From Anaerolineales bacterium UBA3499 (GTDB taxonomy: Bacteria; Chloroflexota; Anaerolineae; Anaerolineales; UBA11657), in the NCBI GenBank assembly GCA_002377585.1, contig DFQC01000025.1, positions 1,117-65,116 of the forward strand: DNA of 64,000 bases, in the 5' to 3' direction. The notes beneath the pieces were generated by a model. It made no database searches, had not been told where the DNA came from, and saw only the letters and a program-made list of their open reading frames with translations. Below, in pieces: positions 55,675-64,000 of the stretch (positions are counted from its first letter, which is position 1; each line of letters starts with the position of its first letter). The translations under genes were made by a program, and so were the position numbers.

Positions 55675-57255
55675 ATGAACATGAGCTCCATCAGAATCAT
55701 AATATTGGCATCCATTTTACTACTTGTAGGCTGTCAATCAGTAGATAAACCCAGTTCTGAAAATGTAACTGTTAGATTAATTCATGACAAAGTCAGAAGT
55801 ACTGTTAGTACAAGTAGCACAAACATTGATGATTTACTGTCAGAACAGGGATTAGAGCTAGGACCACTTGATCGAATTTTACCGAGTCAGTCAACTTTGA
55901 TCACCAACGGGATGGACGTCACTATCATCAGAGTGGAAGAAGAATTGCAAAGCGAAGATATAGTAGTTCCCTTCGAGAAACAAGTCGTACGTAATGATGG
56001 TCTCCCCGTTGGAGAAAGTCGCTTGCTACAAACAGGCACAAGTGGACTAGAGCAAATAACCTACCGCATTGTGAAAGAAGACGGCAATATAACATCTAAA
56101 TCAATATTACGACGTACGATGATGAAAAAACCCATCGATGAAATTATTATGGTAGGCTCTCAAGCTACCTATACCATCGTCCCAATAGAGGGTTCACTAG
56201 CATATATATCATCGGGTAATGCATGGATCATGAGCAAATCTAGCGGAATTAGACAACCTTTGACTGTAAATGGCTTATTAGACGGTCGTATATTCGAGCT
56301 ATCAGACGACAGTAGATATTTGCTGTACTCTAGCAAACCAAATCAACTGACAGCTCAGAAGGAATCATTTAACGAATTGTGGGTTGTAGATACAAACTCC
56401 ACAAATGCAGAACCGCTTGCACTGAACGTCCAGAATGTATTATGGGCTGCCTGGTCTCCTAAAGATCCATTAAGCATTGCATATTCCACAGGTGAACCTC
56501 GCACAACAGCACCTGGATGGCAGGCACACAATAATCTTCAGATAGCATCCTTCAATGAAATAGATACGGAAATTGTACATACAACAATACTAGAGCCATC
56601 AGCAGGAGGAAGTTATGGATGGTATGGCATGCAATTCGCGTGGTCTCCGAACGGCATATATATAGCCTATGCTCAAGCAGATAAAATTGGAATCATAGAT
56701 TTAAGCAATCCTACTAACCCTGTGAAAAAACAGCTTACTAATTTCTCCCACTATCAAACTTGGACTGACTGGGTATGGATTCCCGCACTGACCTGGTCTC
56801 CAGACAGCAAATTCATTTACACAGTTGCGCACGGTGAACCCATAGGACTAGAATTGCCCGAGGACAGTCAAATATTTAACATATCTGCACTTGCTATAGA
56901 TGGAAGCTTTCAAGCGATTCTAGCTGAACGTACTGGTATGTGGTCAAATCCAGTGGTGTCGCCAACAAGCAATTATGGTTTTCAAGTCGCATTTTTACAA
57001 TCAAACAATCCACTTCAAAGTGTCAATAGTGGATACACACTATCAGTAATGGAACAAGATGGTAGCAATACCAAGACTATTTTCCCAACATCAGGCGAAA
57101 CTGCTCTAAAGCCACAAAATATCACGTGGTCGCCAAACGGCGAACAAATTGCACTGATACATAAAGGCAATCTTTGGATAGTAGATAATGAATCATTGAT
57201 ATCTCAACAACTCACCAGTGACAGTCAAACAAGTCAACCAAGTTGGGGTAAATAA
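55675..57255 (+). CDS. Lipoprotein: DUF348-like and G5 domains followed by a TolB/PD40-type beta-propeller
   Basis: Lipobox LLVGC. G5 region: ..VVPFEKQVVRNDGLPVGESRLLQTGTSGLEQITYRIVKEDGN..IIMVGS. Repeated WSP motifs: WSPKDPLSIAY, WSPNGIYIAY, WSPDSKFIY, WSPNGEQIAL. Confidence 0.65.
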   Translation: MNMSSIRIIILASILLLVGCQSVDKPSSENVTVRLIHDKVRSTVSTSSTNIDDLLSEQGLELGPLDRILPSQSTLITNGMDVTIIRVEEELQSEDIVVPFEKQVVRNDGLPVGESRLLQTGTSGLEQITYRIVKEDGNITSKSILRRTMMKKPIDEIIMVGSQATYTIVPIEGSLAYISSGNAWIMSKSSGIRQPLTVNGLLDGRIFELSDDSRYLLYSSKPNQLTAQKESFNELWVVDTNSTNAEPLALNVQNVLWAAWSPKDPLSIAYSTGEPRTTAPGWQAHNNLQIASFNEIDTEIVHTTILEPSAGGSYGWYGMQFAWSPNGIYIAYAQADKIGIIDLSNPTNPVKKQLTNFSHYQTWTDWVWIPALTWSPDSKFIYTVAHGEPIGLELPEDSQIFNISALAIDGSFQAILAERTGMWSNPVVSPTSNYGFQVAFLQSNNPLQSVNSGYTLSVMEQDGSNTKTIFPTSGETALKPQNITWSPNGEQIALIHKGNLWIVDNESLISQQLTSDSQTSQPSWGK

Positions 57256-57256
57256 C

Positions 57257-60200
57257 ATGCGACGAGCGCTAACAATTTTAGCACCTATAGTAGCAATAAC
57301 GTCACTAATTGTGCTTGCAGTACTGTTATTTCAATATCGTACTCGGATTCGTGGACATTCATTGGGATTGCCTGCTCCAAATCTAGATCCAAGACCAAGC
57401 AATATGTTGGGCATTAATGTCGAATTGATAGATGAATCACCAGAAACAATTGATAAATCATTTGATGTTATTAGTAACACAGGATTTGGATGGGTCAGAC
57501 AAACTTTCTATTGGGATTTAGGAGAGTTTAACTGGTCTGCAACCGATAGATTAATAAATTCTGCAATTGCCAACGATTTGCAAATCATAGCAGTGTTAAC
57601 AAGCAGTAACATCCCAGATCAAACCAATGAATTTGCTCAATTCGCATACACATTTGCTAATCGCTACTCTGAACAAGTAGATACTTATCAAATTGGAGAC
57701 GAGCCTAATTTGATAAGCGCATGGGGCAGAACACCCTCGGCTGTGGAATACTCCAACCTACTTGCAACTATTTATCCTCTCATTCATCAAGCAGACACCA
57801 ATGCAACAATACTGACGGCAGGGCTCGCACCAACAACAGAGAATAGTACGGAAAACATCAATGATATCCTCTATTTGCGACAATTGTATGCCGCAGGAGC
57901 TGAGGATTATTTTGATGCGGTAGCTGGAAAACCATATGGATTCAACACAGGTCCAGATGATCGTCGGACAAACAATGATATTCTAAATTTCTCACGCTTT
58001 ATACTACTTCGCGAAGAAATGGAAAAATCTGGTGATAACAGTAAATTATTGTGGGCCAGTCAGTTTGGATGGTACGATCCTTTGGCCGCTACAAATCCAC
58101 AAACCACATGGGGCACAGTCAGCGAGGAACAGCAGAGCAATTTTACAATCACAGCTATAGAACGTGCACGCAATGAATGGCCCTGGGCCGGTGTATTAGT
58201 CTTGGAAAACTATTCTCCAGGAATCAACATCAAAGATCCACGCTGGGGTTTTTCTCTGACAAACCCGAAAGGAACATACAGGAAAATAATAACAGACTTA
58301 AAGAACTATTTATCCGTCGACGAAACTAGTGCAGCACGTCACGGAATACACCCTGCTGCAAGTCCATACGCCAAATATAGTAATGGGTGGGATTTCTCCA
58401 ACCTAGGAGCTGACATTCCACAAACCGGTCCTTCCAACATAACATTTACCTTTGAAGGATCTGAATTTGGTCTTATAGTTAGACGTGGAGACTACCGAGC
58501 CACTCTATATATTGACATCGACTCTAAACCCGCAAATTTGTTGCCAACTACCCAGAAGGGCGAAAGTTATCAAATTTTGACTGCACCTAATCTATCAACA
58601 CAAGTAGAACTCATACCTATAGCTAATAATCTAGAACCCGGCAAACACATTGCTAGGATACGCGCAGACCGTGGTTGGGACCAATGGGCAATAGTTGGAT
58701 TTTCAGTTGGGAATAAACCTGCCTATGACAGCAACCTCATTACATTATTTGCTTTGTTGTTGTTTTGCTCATCTGTAGGATATATGATGTTTAACCATAA
58801 AATTATCCTTGCTTTTCTCAGCAATATAATTTTGTACTTTACCAATAGAGTCAATATGCTATTCACACTTTGTTTAGGTACTGTATTCTGGATATCTGCT
58901 GGCATGACATGGGGACAGAATTTGCCTCAACTGTTTGTGCGACAAAACGAATTTGTGCCACTAGCAGTTACTACACTATCTGCTTTAGCATATTATGTAT
59001 CACCCTGGCTACTACTGTCATTACTAAGTTTGGTGGCATTACTGATACTTTTTTATCTACGTCCAGCTGTAGCATTAGCAATGATAGCTTTAGTCATACC
59101 ATTCTATCTTTATCCTAAACCAATGTTTGAAAGAATGTTCTCTACTACAGAAGTTTTCACTTTATTAACAACAGCCGCTGTATTAATTCGAAGCACAATC
59201 AATATCAGTTCATTAAGTCCAGATACATCATCATGGCAACTGAGATTAAGCTCCCTAGACAAGGCAGTTATAACTTTTGCCACTCTATCCTTAATTTCTA
59301 TATTAAGTGCCAATGAACTTGGTGCAGCTATAACGGAATTTAGAGTTATCATACTGGAGCCGGTCCTATTTTACGTCTTGGTGCGAATAGTTCCATTGAC
59401 TAAGAATGAGCTTGTCAGAATAAGTGACTATTTTGTCATCGGAGCATTTCTAGTAGCAGTCATAGGATTAATACAATACGCACTTGGTGTTAATTTGATT
59501 GCCGCTGAAGATGGAGTTATGCGCTTGAGAAGCATCTTTGGTTCTCCTAATAATGTAGGCCTCTATTTAGGAAGAGCACTACCAATTGCAATAGCTATGT
59601 CACTCATATCTAAGCCTCACATCAGCAAAATAAAACGGATAACATATATCACCGCCAGTATTTGTATGGCTGTCGCGATATTACTTAGTTTCTCGCGTGG
59701 AGCATTGCTACTAGGTATACCGGCTGCCACAGCCGCAATTATAATTTATTACAAAGGCAAAAGATCTATACTTCCATTGTCAGTTTTGCTTGCTATTGCT
59801 TGCATAGTATTTACTATCTTTTCTTCACACCCTCGTATAGCTAGCCTTACCAATCAGACAAATGGACCAACATTCTTCCGTATAAATTTATGGAATAGTA
59901 CACTTGATATGATAATAGATAAACCTATAACAGGAGTGGGGCTTGACAATTTTCTTTACTCATATCGTAGTAAATACATATCTCCAGATGCGTGGCAAGA
60001 TCCAAACATTTCCCATGCTCACAACATGATTCTGGATTTCTCTGCTAGATTGGGTTTGCCTGGTCTAGCATCTATCATGTGGATTCTCTACGCATTCTTT
60101 AAAGCTGCGAACAAGAATATAAGAAGCACTAGAGACCCTACATTACGATTACTTTATATTGGACTAACAGCCTCCATGATCAATTTTATTGCTCATGGAT

Positions 60201-60307
60201 TGGTTGATGCATCTTACTGGTTCATAGACCTAGCTTTTGCATTCATGTTAACTATTGCAATGATTCAGCGAACAAAAAATGTTGAGGTCAATGCAGAAAG
60301 TACTTAG
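57257..60307 (+). CDS. Fusion protein: N-terminal TM anchor, clan GH-A-like glycoside hydrolase domain, and multi-TM O-antigen ligase/polymerase (Wzy_C) domain
   Basis: Hydrolase-like part: GINVE.., GWVRQTFYWD, YQIGDEPNL (NEP-type acid/base motif). C-terminal ~500 aa have 10 or more TM segments with SFSRGALLLG and HAHNMILDFSARLGLPG (O-antigen-ligase hallmarks). The ATG at 57257 lies 1 nt after the upstream stop. Confidence 0.65.
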   Translation: MRRALTILAPIVAITSLIVLAVLLFQYRTRIRGHSLGLPAPNLDPRPSNMLGINVELIDESPETIDKSFDVISNTGFGWVRQTFYWDLGEFNWSATDRLINSAIANDLQIIAVLTSSNIPDQTNEFAQFAYTFANRYSEQVDTYQIGDEPNLISAWGRTPSAVEYSNLLATIYPLIHQADTNATILTAGLAPTTENSTENINDILYLRQLYAAGAEDYFDAVAGKPYGFNTGPDDRRTNNDILNFSRFILLREEMEKSGDNSKLLWASQFGWYDPLAATNPQTTWGTVSEEQQSNFTITAIERARNEWPWAGVLVLENYSPGINIKDPRWGFSLTNPKGTYRKIITDLKNYLSVDETSAARHGIHPAASPYAKYSNGWDFSNLGADIPQTGPSNITFTFEGSEFGLIVRRGDYRATLYIDIDSKPANLLPTTQKGESYQILTAPNLSTQVELIPIANNLEPGKHIARIRADRGWDQWAIVGFSVGNKPAYDSNLITLFALLLFCSSVGYMMFNHKIILAFLSNIILYFTNRVNMLFTLCLGTVFWISAGMTWGQNLPQLFVRQNEFVPLAVTTLSALAYYVSPWLLLSLLSLVALLILFYLRPAVALAMIALVIPFYLYPKPMFERMFSTTEVFTLLTTAAVLIRSTINISSLSPDTSSWQLRLSSLDKAVITFATLSLISILSANELGAAITEFRVIILEPVLFYVLVRIVPLTKNELVRISDYFVIGAFLVAVIGLIQYALGVNLIAAEDGVMRLRSIFGSPNNVGLYLGRALPIAIAMSLISKPHISKIKRITYITASICMAVAILLSFSRGALLLGIPAATAAIIIYYKGKRSILPLSVLLAIACIVFTIFSSHPRIASLTNQTNGPTFFRINLWNSTLDMIIDKPITGVGLDNFLYSYRSKYISPDAWQDPNISHAHNMILDFSARLGLPGLASIMWILYAFFKAANKNIRSTRDPTLRLLYIGLTASMINFIAHGLVDASYWFIDLAFAFMLTIAMIQRTKNVEVNAEST

Positions 60308-60372
60308 ATTGAAAATTGACTGCTATGGTAAAATTGCACAAGTTTGCATTAATGTAGTACCTGACTAAAAAA

Positions 60373-61332
60373 ATGCGTATACTCATCACAGGCGGAGCAG
60401 GTTTCATCGGCTCTCATCTATGTGATCGTCTCATAGCTGACGGACATAGTGTGATTGTCCTAGACAACTTGATAACTGGCAGTAAAGACAATGTATCTCA
60501 CCTAACTGATACAAAGGTATTCCGCTTCATTAACCAAAATGTAGCTGATTACATAAAACTTCCAAACCCAGTAGAAGCTGTAATGCATTTTGCCTCTCCA
60601 GCAAGCCCATCACAAACTGCGCCTAATGGATATCTGCAACTACCAATTCAAACGCTAAAAGCAGGTGCTTTAGGCACACTAAATGCACTGGGAGTGGCAA
60701 AAAGATATGGTGCACGTTTTATACTTGCATCAACATCGGAAGTATATGGTGACCCTTTAGTTCATCCTCAAAATGAAAATTACTGGGGTAATGTAGACCC
60801 AGTAGGACCACGATCAGTTTATGATGAGGCAAAACGGTTTGCTGAATCTTTGACAATGGCTTATAACCGAACTCACGGAGTTAGAACCCGAATCGTACGC
60901 ATTTTCAACACTTATGGTCCTAGAATGGCATTAAATGATGGTCGCGTTGTACCAAACTTCATATGTCAGGCACTAAAAGGCAAGCCATTGACTGTTTATG
61001 GTGATGGATCACAAACACGAAGCTTTTGTTATGTAGATGATCTTGTAGATGGCATCCTTCTCCTCATGTCATCAGAACTAACAGAACCTACTAATATTGG
61101 AAACCCTCATGAAGTCACGATATTAGAATTTGCTAACAAAATAAATAGCTTGACCAACAACGCCGCGGGTACTATTTTGGAAGATAAGCGTACCTTAGGA
61201 GATCCGCAACAACGTAAACCTGACATCTCAAGGGCTGGACAATTGCTAAGTTGGAAACCACAGGTAACATTAGAAGATGGTCTAACACGCACAATAGCAT
61301 ATTTTAAAGACAAATTATCTGACAGTATGTAG
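60373..61332 (+). CDS. UDP-glucuronate decarboxylase (UDP-xylose synthase)
   Basis: [79 protein letters not shown]. Confidence 0.9.
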   Translation: MRILITGGAGFIGSHLCDRLIADGHSVIVLDNLITGSKDNVSHLTDTKVFRFINQNVADYIKLPNPVEAVMHFASPASPSQTAPNGYLQLPIQTLKAGALGTLNALGVAKRYGARFILASTSEVYGDPLVHPQNENYWGNVDPVGPRSVYDEAKRFAESLTMAYNRTHGVRTRIVRIFNTYGPRMALNDGRVVPNFICQALKGKPLTVYGDGSQTRSFCYVDDLVDGILLLMSSELTEPTNIGNPHEVTILEFANKINSLTNNAAGTILEDKRTLGDPQQRKPDISRAGQLLSWKPQVTLEDGLTRTIAYFKDKLSDSM

Positions 61333-61368
61333 ATCTTTATTCGAGTCACCCAATCAACACACAATGAC

Positions 61369-62223
61369 ATGTACCGAAACAAATTACAAACGAATATAAT
61401 ACTGTCAGTAACAATTATAGCTATCGGAATATTGTTATTATCATTAAGTTACAGACAATCATTAGGTAATTTCAAAAATGTAATTAGTATGATTCTGACA
61501 CCTTTACAAGTCAATATATTCTCTTTGGTTGAACCCCTTTACGCTAATGCACCCAATACTCCAGAGGAACTAGTCAATCTAAACGCAACTTTAACAGCAG
61601 AGATAGCATTGTTACGGTCTGAGAACATACGTATGAACGAAACAATATATGAACGAGATATGCTCGCAGCACTGCTCAATTACACTAAATTAGATAATGT
61701 ACATACATACATCAGCGCTAATGTAATCGGGAAAGATACAAGCAGTTTCTTACAGTACGTCATTATTGACATAGGCACAACTGGTGGTGTGCAACGTGAT
61801 ATGCCGGTTGTAACGGATTCAGGACTAGTCGGTATAATCAATGAGGCAACCCCTAGAGCCAGCAAGATATTACTTTTGAACAGTGACCAAATGGCAATTA
61901 ATGTCAGAGTTCAAAATTCACGGGCTGACGGAGTGCTATTCGGACAAGCATCCAAAGACCTAAGACTCAGATATGTCGCACTTGATGATAATATTAATGC
62001 GGGTGATTTAGTTGTTACTTCAGGACTAGGAGGTTCCCTTCCAGCTAACATTCCTGTCGGAGAAATAGCTTCTGTCCGTAGTCGCGCATATGATGTTTTT
62101 CAAGAGGCAGAAGTTTTGCCATTAGTTAACTTGGACAAAATAGAAATAGTGATGATCATTACTGACTTCACTCCCACCGAACTCAGCCCTCTCATAAGCA
62201 CTCCGATTCCAGACGACCTTTGA
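61369..62223 (+). CDS. mreC: Rod shape-determining protein MreC
   Basis: N-terminal TM segment, a coiled coil (LNATLTAEIALLRSENIRM), then VVTSGLGGSLPANIPVGEI. Confidence 0.85.
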   Translation: MYRNKLQTNIILSVTIIAIGILLLSLSYRQSLGNFKNVISMILTPLQVNIFSLVEPLYANAPNTPEELVNLNATLTAEIALLRSENIRMNETIYERDMLAALLNYTKLDNVHTYISANVIGKDTSSFLQYVIIDIGTTGGVQRDMPVVTDSGLVGIINEATPRASKILLLNSDQMAINVRVQNSRADGVLFGQASKDLRLRYVALDDNINAGDLVVTSGLGGSLPANIPVGEIASVRSRAYDVFQEAEVLPLVNLDKIEIVMIITDFTPTELSPLISTPIPDDL

Positions 62224-62726
62224 GAAATATAATAATTGCTCTATTAATAATTCCACTGCTAGCTATACTGCAGAGCACCCTTTTACCATATTTCAATTTT
62301 CAGAGTGCAGTCAGTTTGGATTTGGTATTGGTGATAGTACTGTCTTGGAATTTGGTATATCCTAATAGCGAAAGTATGTTCTGGGCACTGCTCGGTGGAT
62401 TAATGCTTGATGCGCTCTCAGGAGCCCATATGGGAACCAATATAATAGCACTCACTATGGCTAGTCTTATACCAAATTTGGTAAGCTCACGCATCTGGTC
62501 AACCCACATCCTACTAAGAATTTTTGTAGGCATAACTGGTACCGCAATCTACTATATCGTATATTTCATATTATTAACTACAACTGGTTGGCAAACTAAA
62601 TGGTCAAATCTACCAACGGATAAGTTAGTTAATTCAATCATGATTAACGTATTTGTTATGATTCTAATCCTGCCATCAGTACGATGGATAGCCCTGCGAA
62701 TAACAAAGCGCAACATTGATATATAA
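62220..62726 (+). CDS. mreD: Rod shape-determining protein MreD
   Basis: 168-aa polytopic membrane protein. Its start overlaps the mreC stop, and mrdA follows. Confidence 0.7.
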   Translation: MRNIIIALLIIPLLAILQSTLLPYFNFQSAVSLDLVLVIVLSWNLVYPNSESMFWALLGGLMLDALSGAHMGTNIIALTMASLIPNLVSSRIWSTHILLRIFVGITGTAIYYIVYFILLTTTGWQTKWSNLPTDKLVNSIMINVFVMILILPSVRWIALRITKRNIDI

Positions 62727-62727
62727 G

Positions 62728-64000
62728 ATGAATCCATCACCATTTGTAACTCCCTGGAGAGTTGGAACACTATATAGCCTGATGGCTATATCCATCATAG
62801 CATTTACTGGGCAGCTCCTTCGATTGCAAGTCATTCAACATGAAGAATTCTCTGCGCTAGCAATCGAAAACCGACAAGCACGAATAAATGCCCCAGCTCA
62901 GCGCGGAGTGATTTATGACCGCAATGGCATAATACTTGCGCACAATATACCATCGTATGATGTAGTCATAACTCCAGCAGAACTTCCTGAAGATGATTTA
63001 AGATTACAGGAAATATATCAGCGAATAGCTACAGTCACTGGAGCGCCGATTAATACCCCTCCACTTGATGCAGGAAATGCTAGTAGAAATAGGATCGGTG
63101 AAGATGCACCACCACCTGGCATTACAGAAGTTGTTTTCTTACAAGAATCAATTGCACCTTATGAATCAGTAGTTGTCGCACCAAATGTAGATAGAACGGT
63201 AGCCCTAACACTTAGTGAGGAGCTTCGCAACCTCCCAGGTGTAGGAATACAGATCACACCAATGCGCGATTACCCAACAGGCGCACTTACATCACATGTA
63301 ATTGGATATATGGGTCCAATTACAGAAGCAGTAAAAGATTTTTATTCAGAAAGAGGATTCGATGCTTCTAGAGACAAAATCGGTTACTCTGGAGTAGAAG
63401 CTTTTATGCAAGATACCCTAGCAGGTCAAAACGGCTCCAAGCTAATAGAACAAGATGTCGCAGGCTTAGAATTAAGAGTTATAGGTGAAGTGAAAAACCC
63501 AATACCTGGTAGAAGCATAATGTTGACCATTGATACACAACTACAAGCAATTTCTGAGGCTGCGTTAAGGCAACGCATGAAAATAGAAAATCAAAGCAGG
63601 GACGGACAGCCAGTCACTAATGGAGTCGTCATATCTATGAATCCACAGACTGGTGAAATTCTGTCAATGGTTTCGTTGCCCAACTATGACAATCAGCAAT
63701 TCGCGCGGTATATTCCAGTAGATTACTACACTGAACTACTGAACCATCCGCATAAACCTTTACTAAACCAAGCAATCAGTGGGGAGCACCCACCTGGTTC
63801 TGTGTATAAGTTAGTAGTTGCATCAGGAGCTCTACAGGAAGAAATTGTAACTCCCGAACAATTTGTTGATGATCCAGGAGAAATTGAAATAGTCAACAGA
63901 TATTTTCCAAACGACCCTGGTAAGACCAGAAAAGTTGTTTGCTGGAAACGCGATGGGCATGGACCAGTCGACTTCATGACTGGCATAGCGCAATCCTGCG
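62728..64000 (+). CDS. mrdA: Penicillin-binding protein 2 (elongasome transpeptidase), 3' end beyond window
   Basis: Not in the ORF track because the frame is still open at the window edge. MNPSPFVTPWRVGTLYSLMAISIIAFTGQLLRLQVIQHEEF..RINAPAQRGVIYDRNGIILAHN... SxxK motif at ..PPGSVYKL... Confidence 0.85.
   Translation, partial: MNPSPFVTPWRVGTLYSLMAISIIAFTGQLLRLQVIQHEEFSALAIENRQARINAPAQRGVIYDRNGIILAHNIPSYDVVITPAELPEDDLRLQEIYQRIATVTGAPINTPPLDAGNASRNRIGEDAPPPGITEVVFLQESIAPYESVVVAPNVDRTVALTLSEELRNLPGVGIQITPMRDYPTGALTSHVIGYMGPITEAVKDFYSERGFDASRDKIGYSGVEAFMQDTLAGQNGSKLIEQDVAGLELRVIGEVKNPIPGRSIMLTIDTQLQAISEAALRQRMKIENQSRDGQPVTNGVVISMNPQTGEILSMVSLPNYDNQQFARYIPVDYYTELLNHPHKPLLNQAISGEHPPGSVYKLVVASGALQEEIVTPEQFVDDPGEIEIVNRYFPNDPGKTRKVVCWKRDGHGPVDFMTGIAQSC

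Noticed and set aside
63726-63986. 86-aa minus-strand ORF at the right edge.
   Set aside because: It overlaps the open PBP2 (mrdA) frame, which carries clear transpeptidase motifs including SxxK.
1-64000. Search for CRISPR arrays, IS elements, prophage genes and rRNA.
   Set aside because: Reading the intergenic regions showed no regularly spaced direct repeats, transposase or integrase-like translations, or rRNA signatures. The longest non-coding stretches (44.5, 46.3-46.9 and 54.4-54.8 kb) are described separately in the findings.

Overview
AT-rich bacterial chromosomal segment, mostly core genes. There are about 60 protein genes, one tRNA, and no rRNA, CRISPR array, transposase or integrase. 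All product calls come from reading motifs in the supplied translations. No database search was run.

Gene order from left to right:
- nusG (partial)-rplK-rplA-[L10 leader]-rplJ-rplL
- NUDIX hydrolase, then a DUF151 nuclease
- dnaB, a DnaD-like gene, and an internally duplicated DnaC/DnaI-like loader
- A 9-kb phosphate block, all on the minus strand: phoB/phoR-like, pstS-C-A, two pstB genes, a metallophosphoesterase and phoU. A divergent GDPD gene sits beside it.
- hom
- A heterodimeric ABC exporter
- An envelope glycosylation cluster: GT39-like, cyclophilin, polyprenol-P-sugar synthase, and a YfhO::MOP-flippase fusion
- asnS, rtcB, IMPase
- An M1-like LysM lipoprotein
- nifS/iscS-mnmA
- nnr
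- tRNA-Arg(TCT)
- metA, a CoA-binding protein gene, metY, and an aminotransferase
- An 800-bp region with few genes
- A duplicated-domain HExxH lipoprotein
- A three-gene operon ending in a MoaD/ThiS-type ubiquitin-like protein
- mtnA, an M23/LysM peptidase, L25/Ctc
- A DUF348-G5-beta-propeller lipoprotein
- A glycoside-hydrolase-like::O-antigen-ligase fusion, then UDP-xylose synthase
- mreC-mreD-mrdA (partial)

Gene content suggests a monoderm, Chloroflexota- or Firmicutes-like lineage (YfhO, GT39 with C-terminal repeat modules, DnaD/DnaI-type loaders, L10 leader attenuator). This cannot be proven from the window.

The best candidate for an undescribed system is the operon at 49404..51783 (minus strand). 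It has its own promoter and terminator. It encodes a 527-aa protein and a ~150-aa protein, neither of which I recognise, coupled to a Ubl ending FPPVSGG-NK. No E1, JAMM, MoaE or ThiF partner occurs anywhere in the window.

Secondary points:
- Complementary degenerate ATP sites in the two PstB paralogs
- The tandem AAA+ helicase loader
- Two large GT-C/flippase and GH/ligase fusions
- Two apparent pseudoenzymes (GDPD and M1-like)
- Small unannotated ORFs at 46.1-46.8 kb
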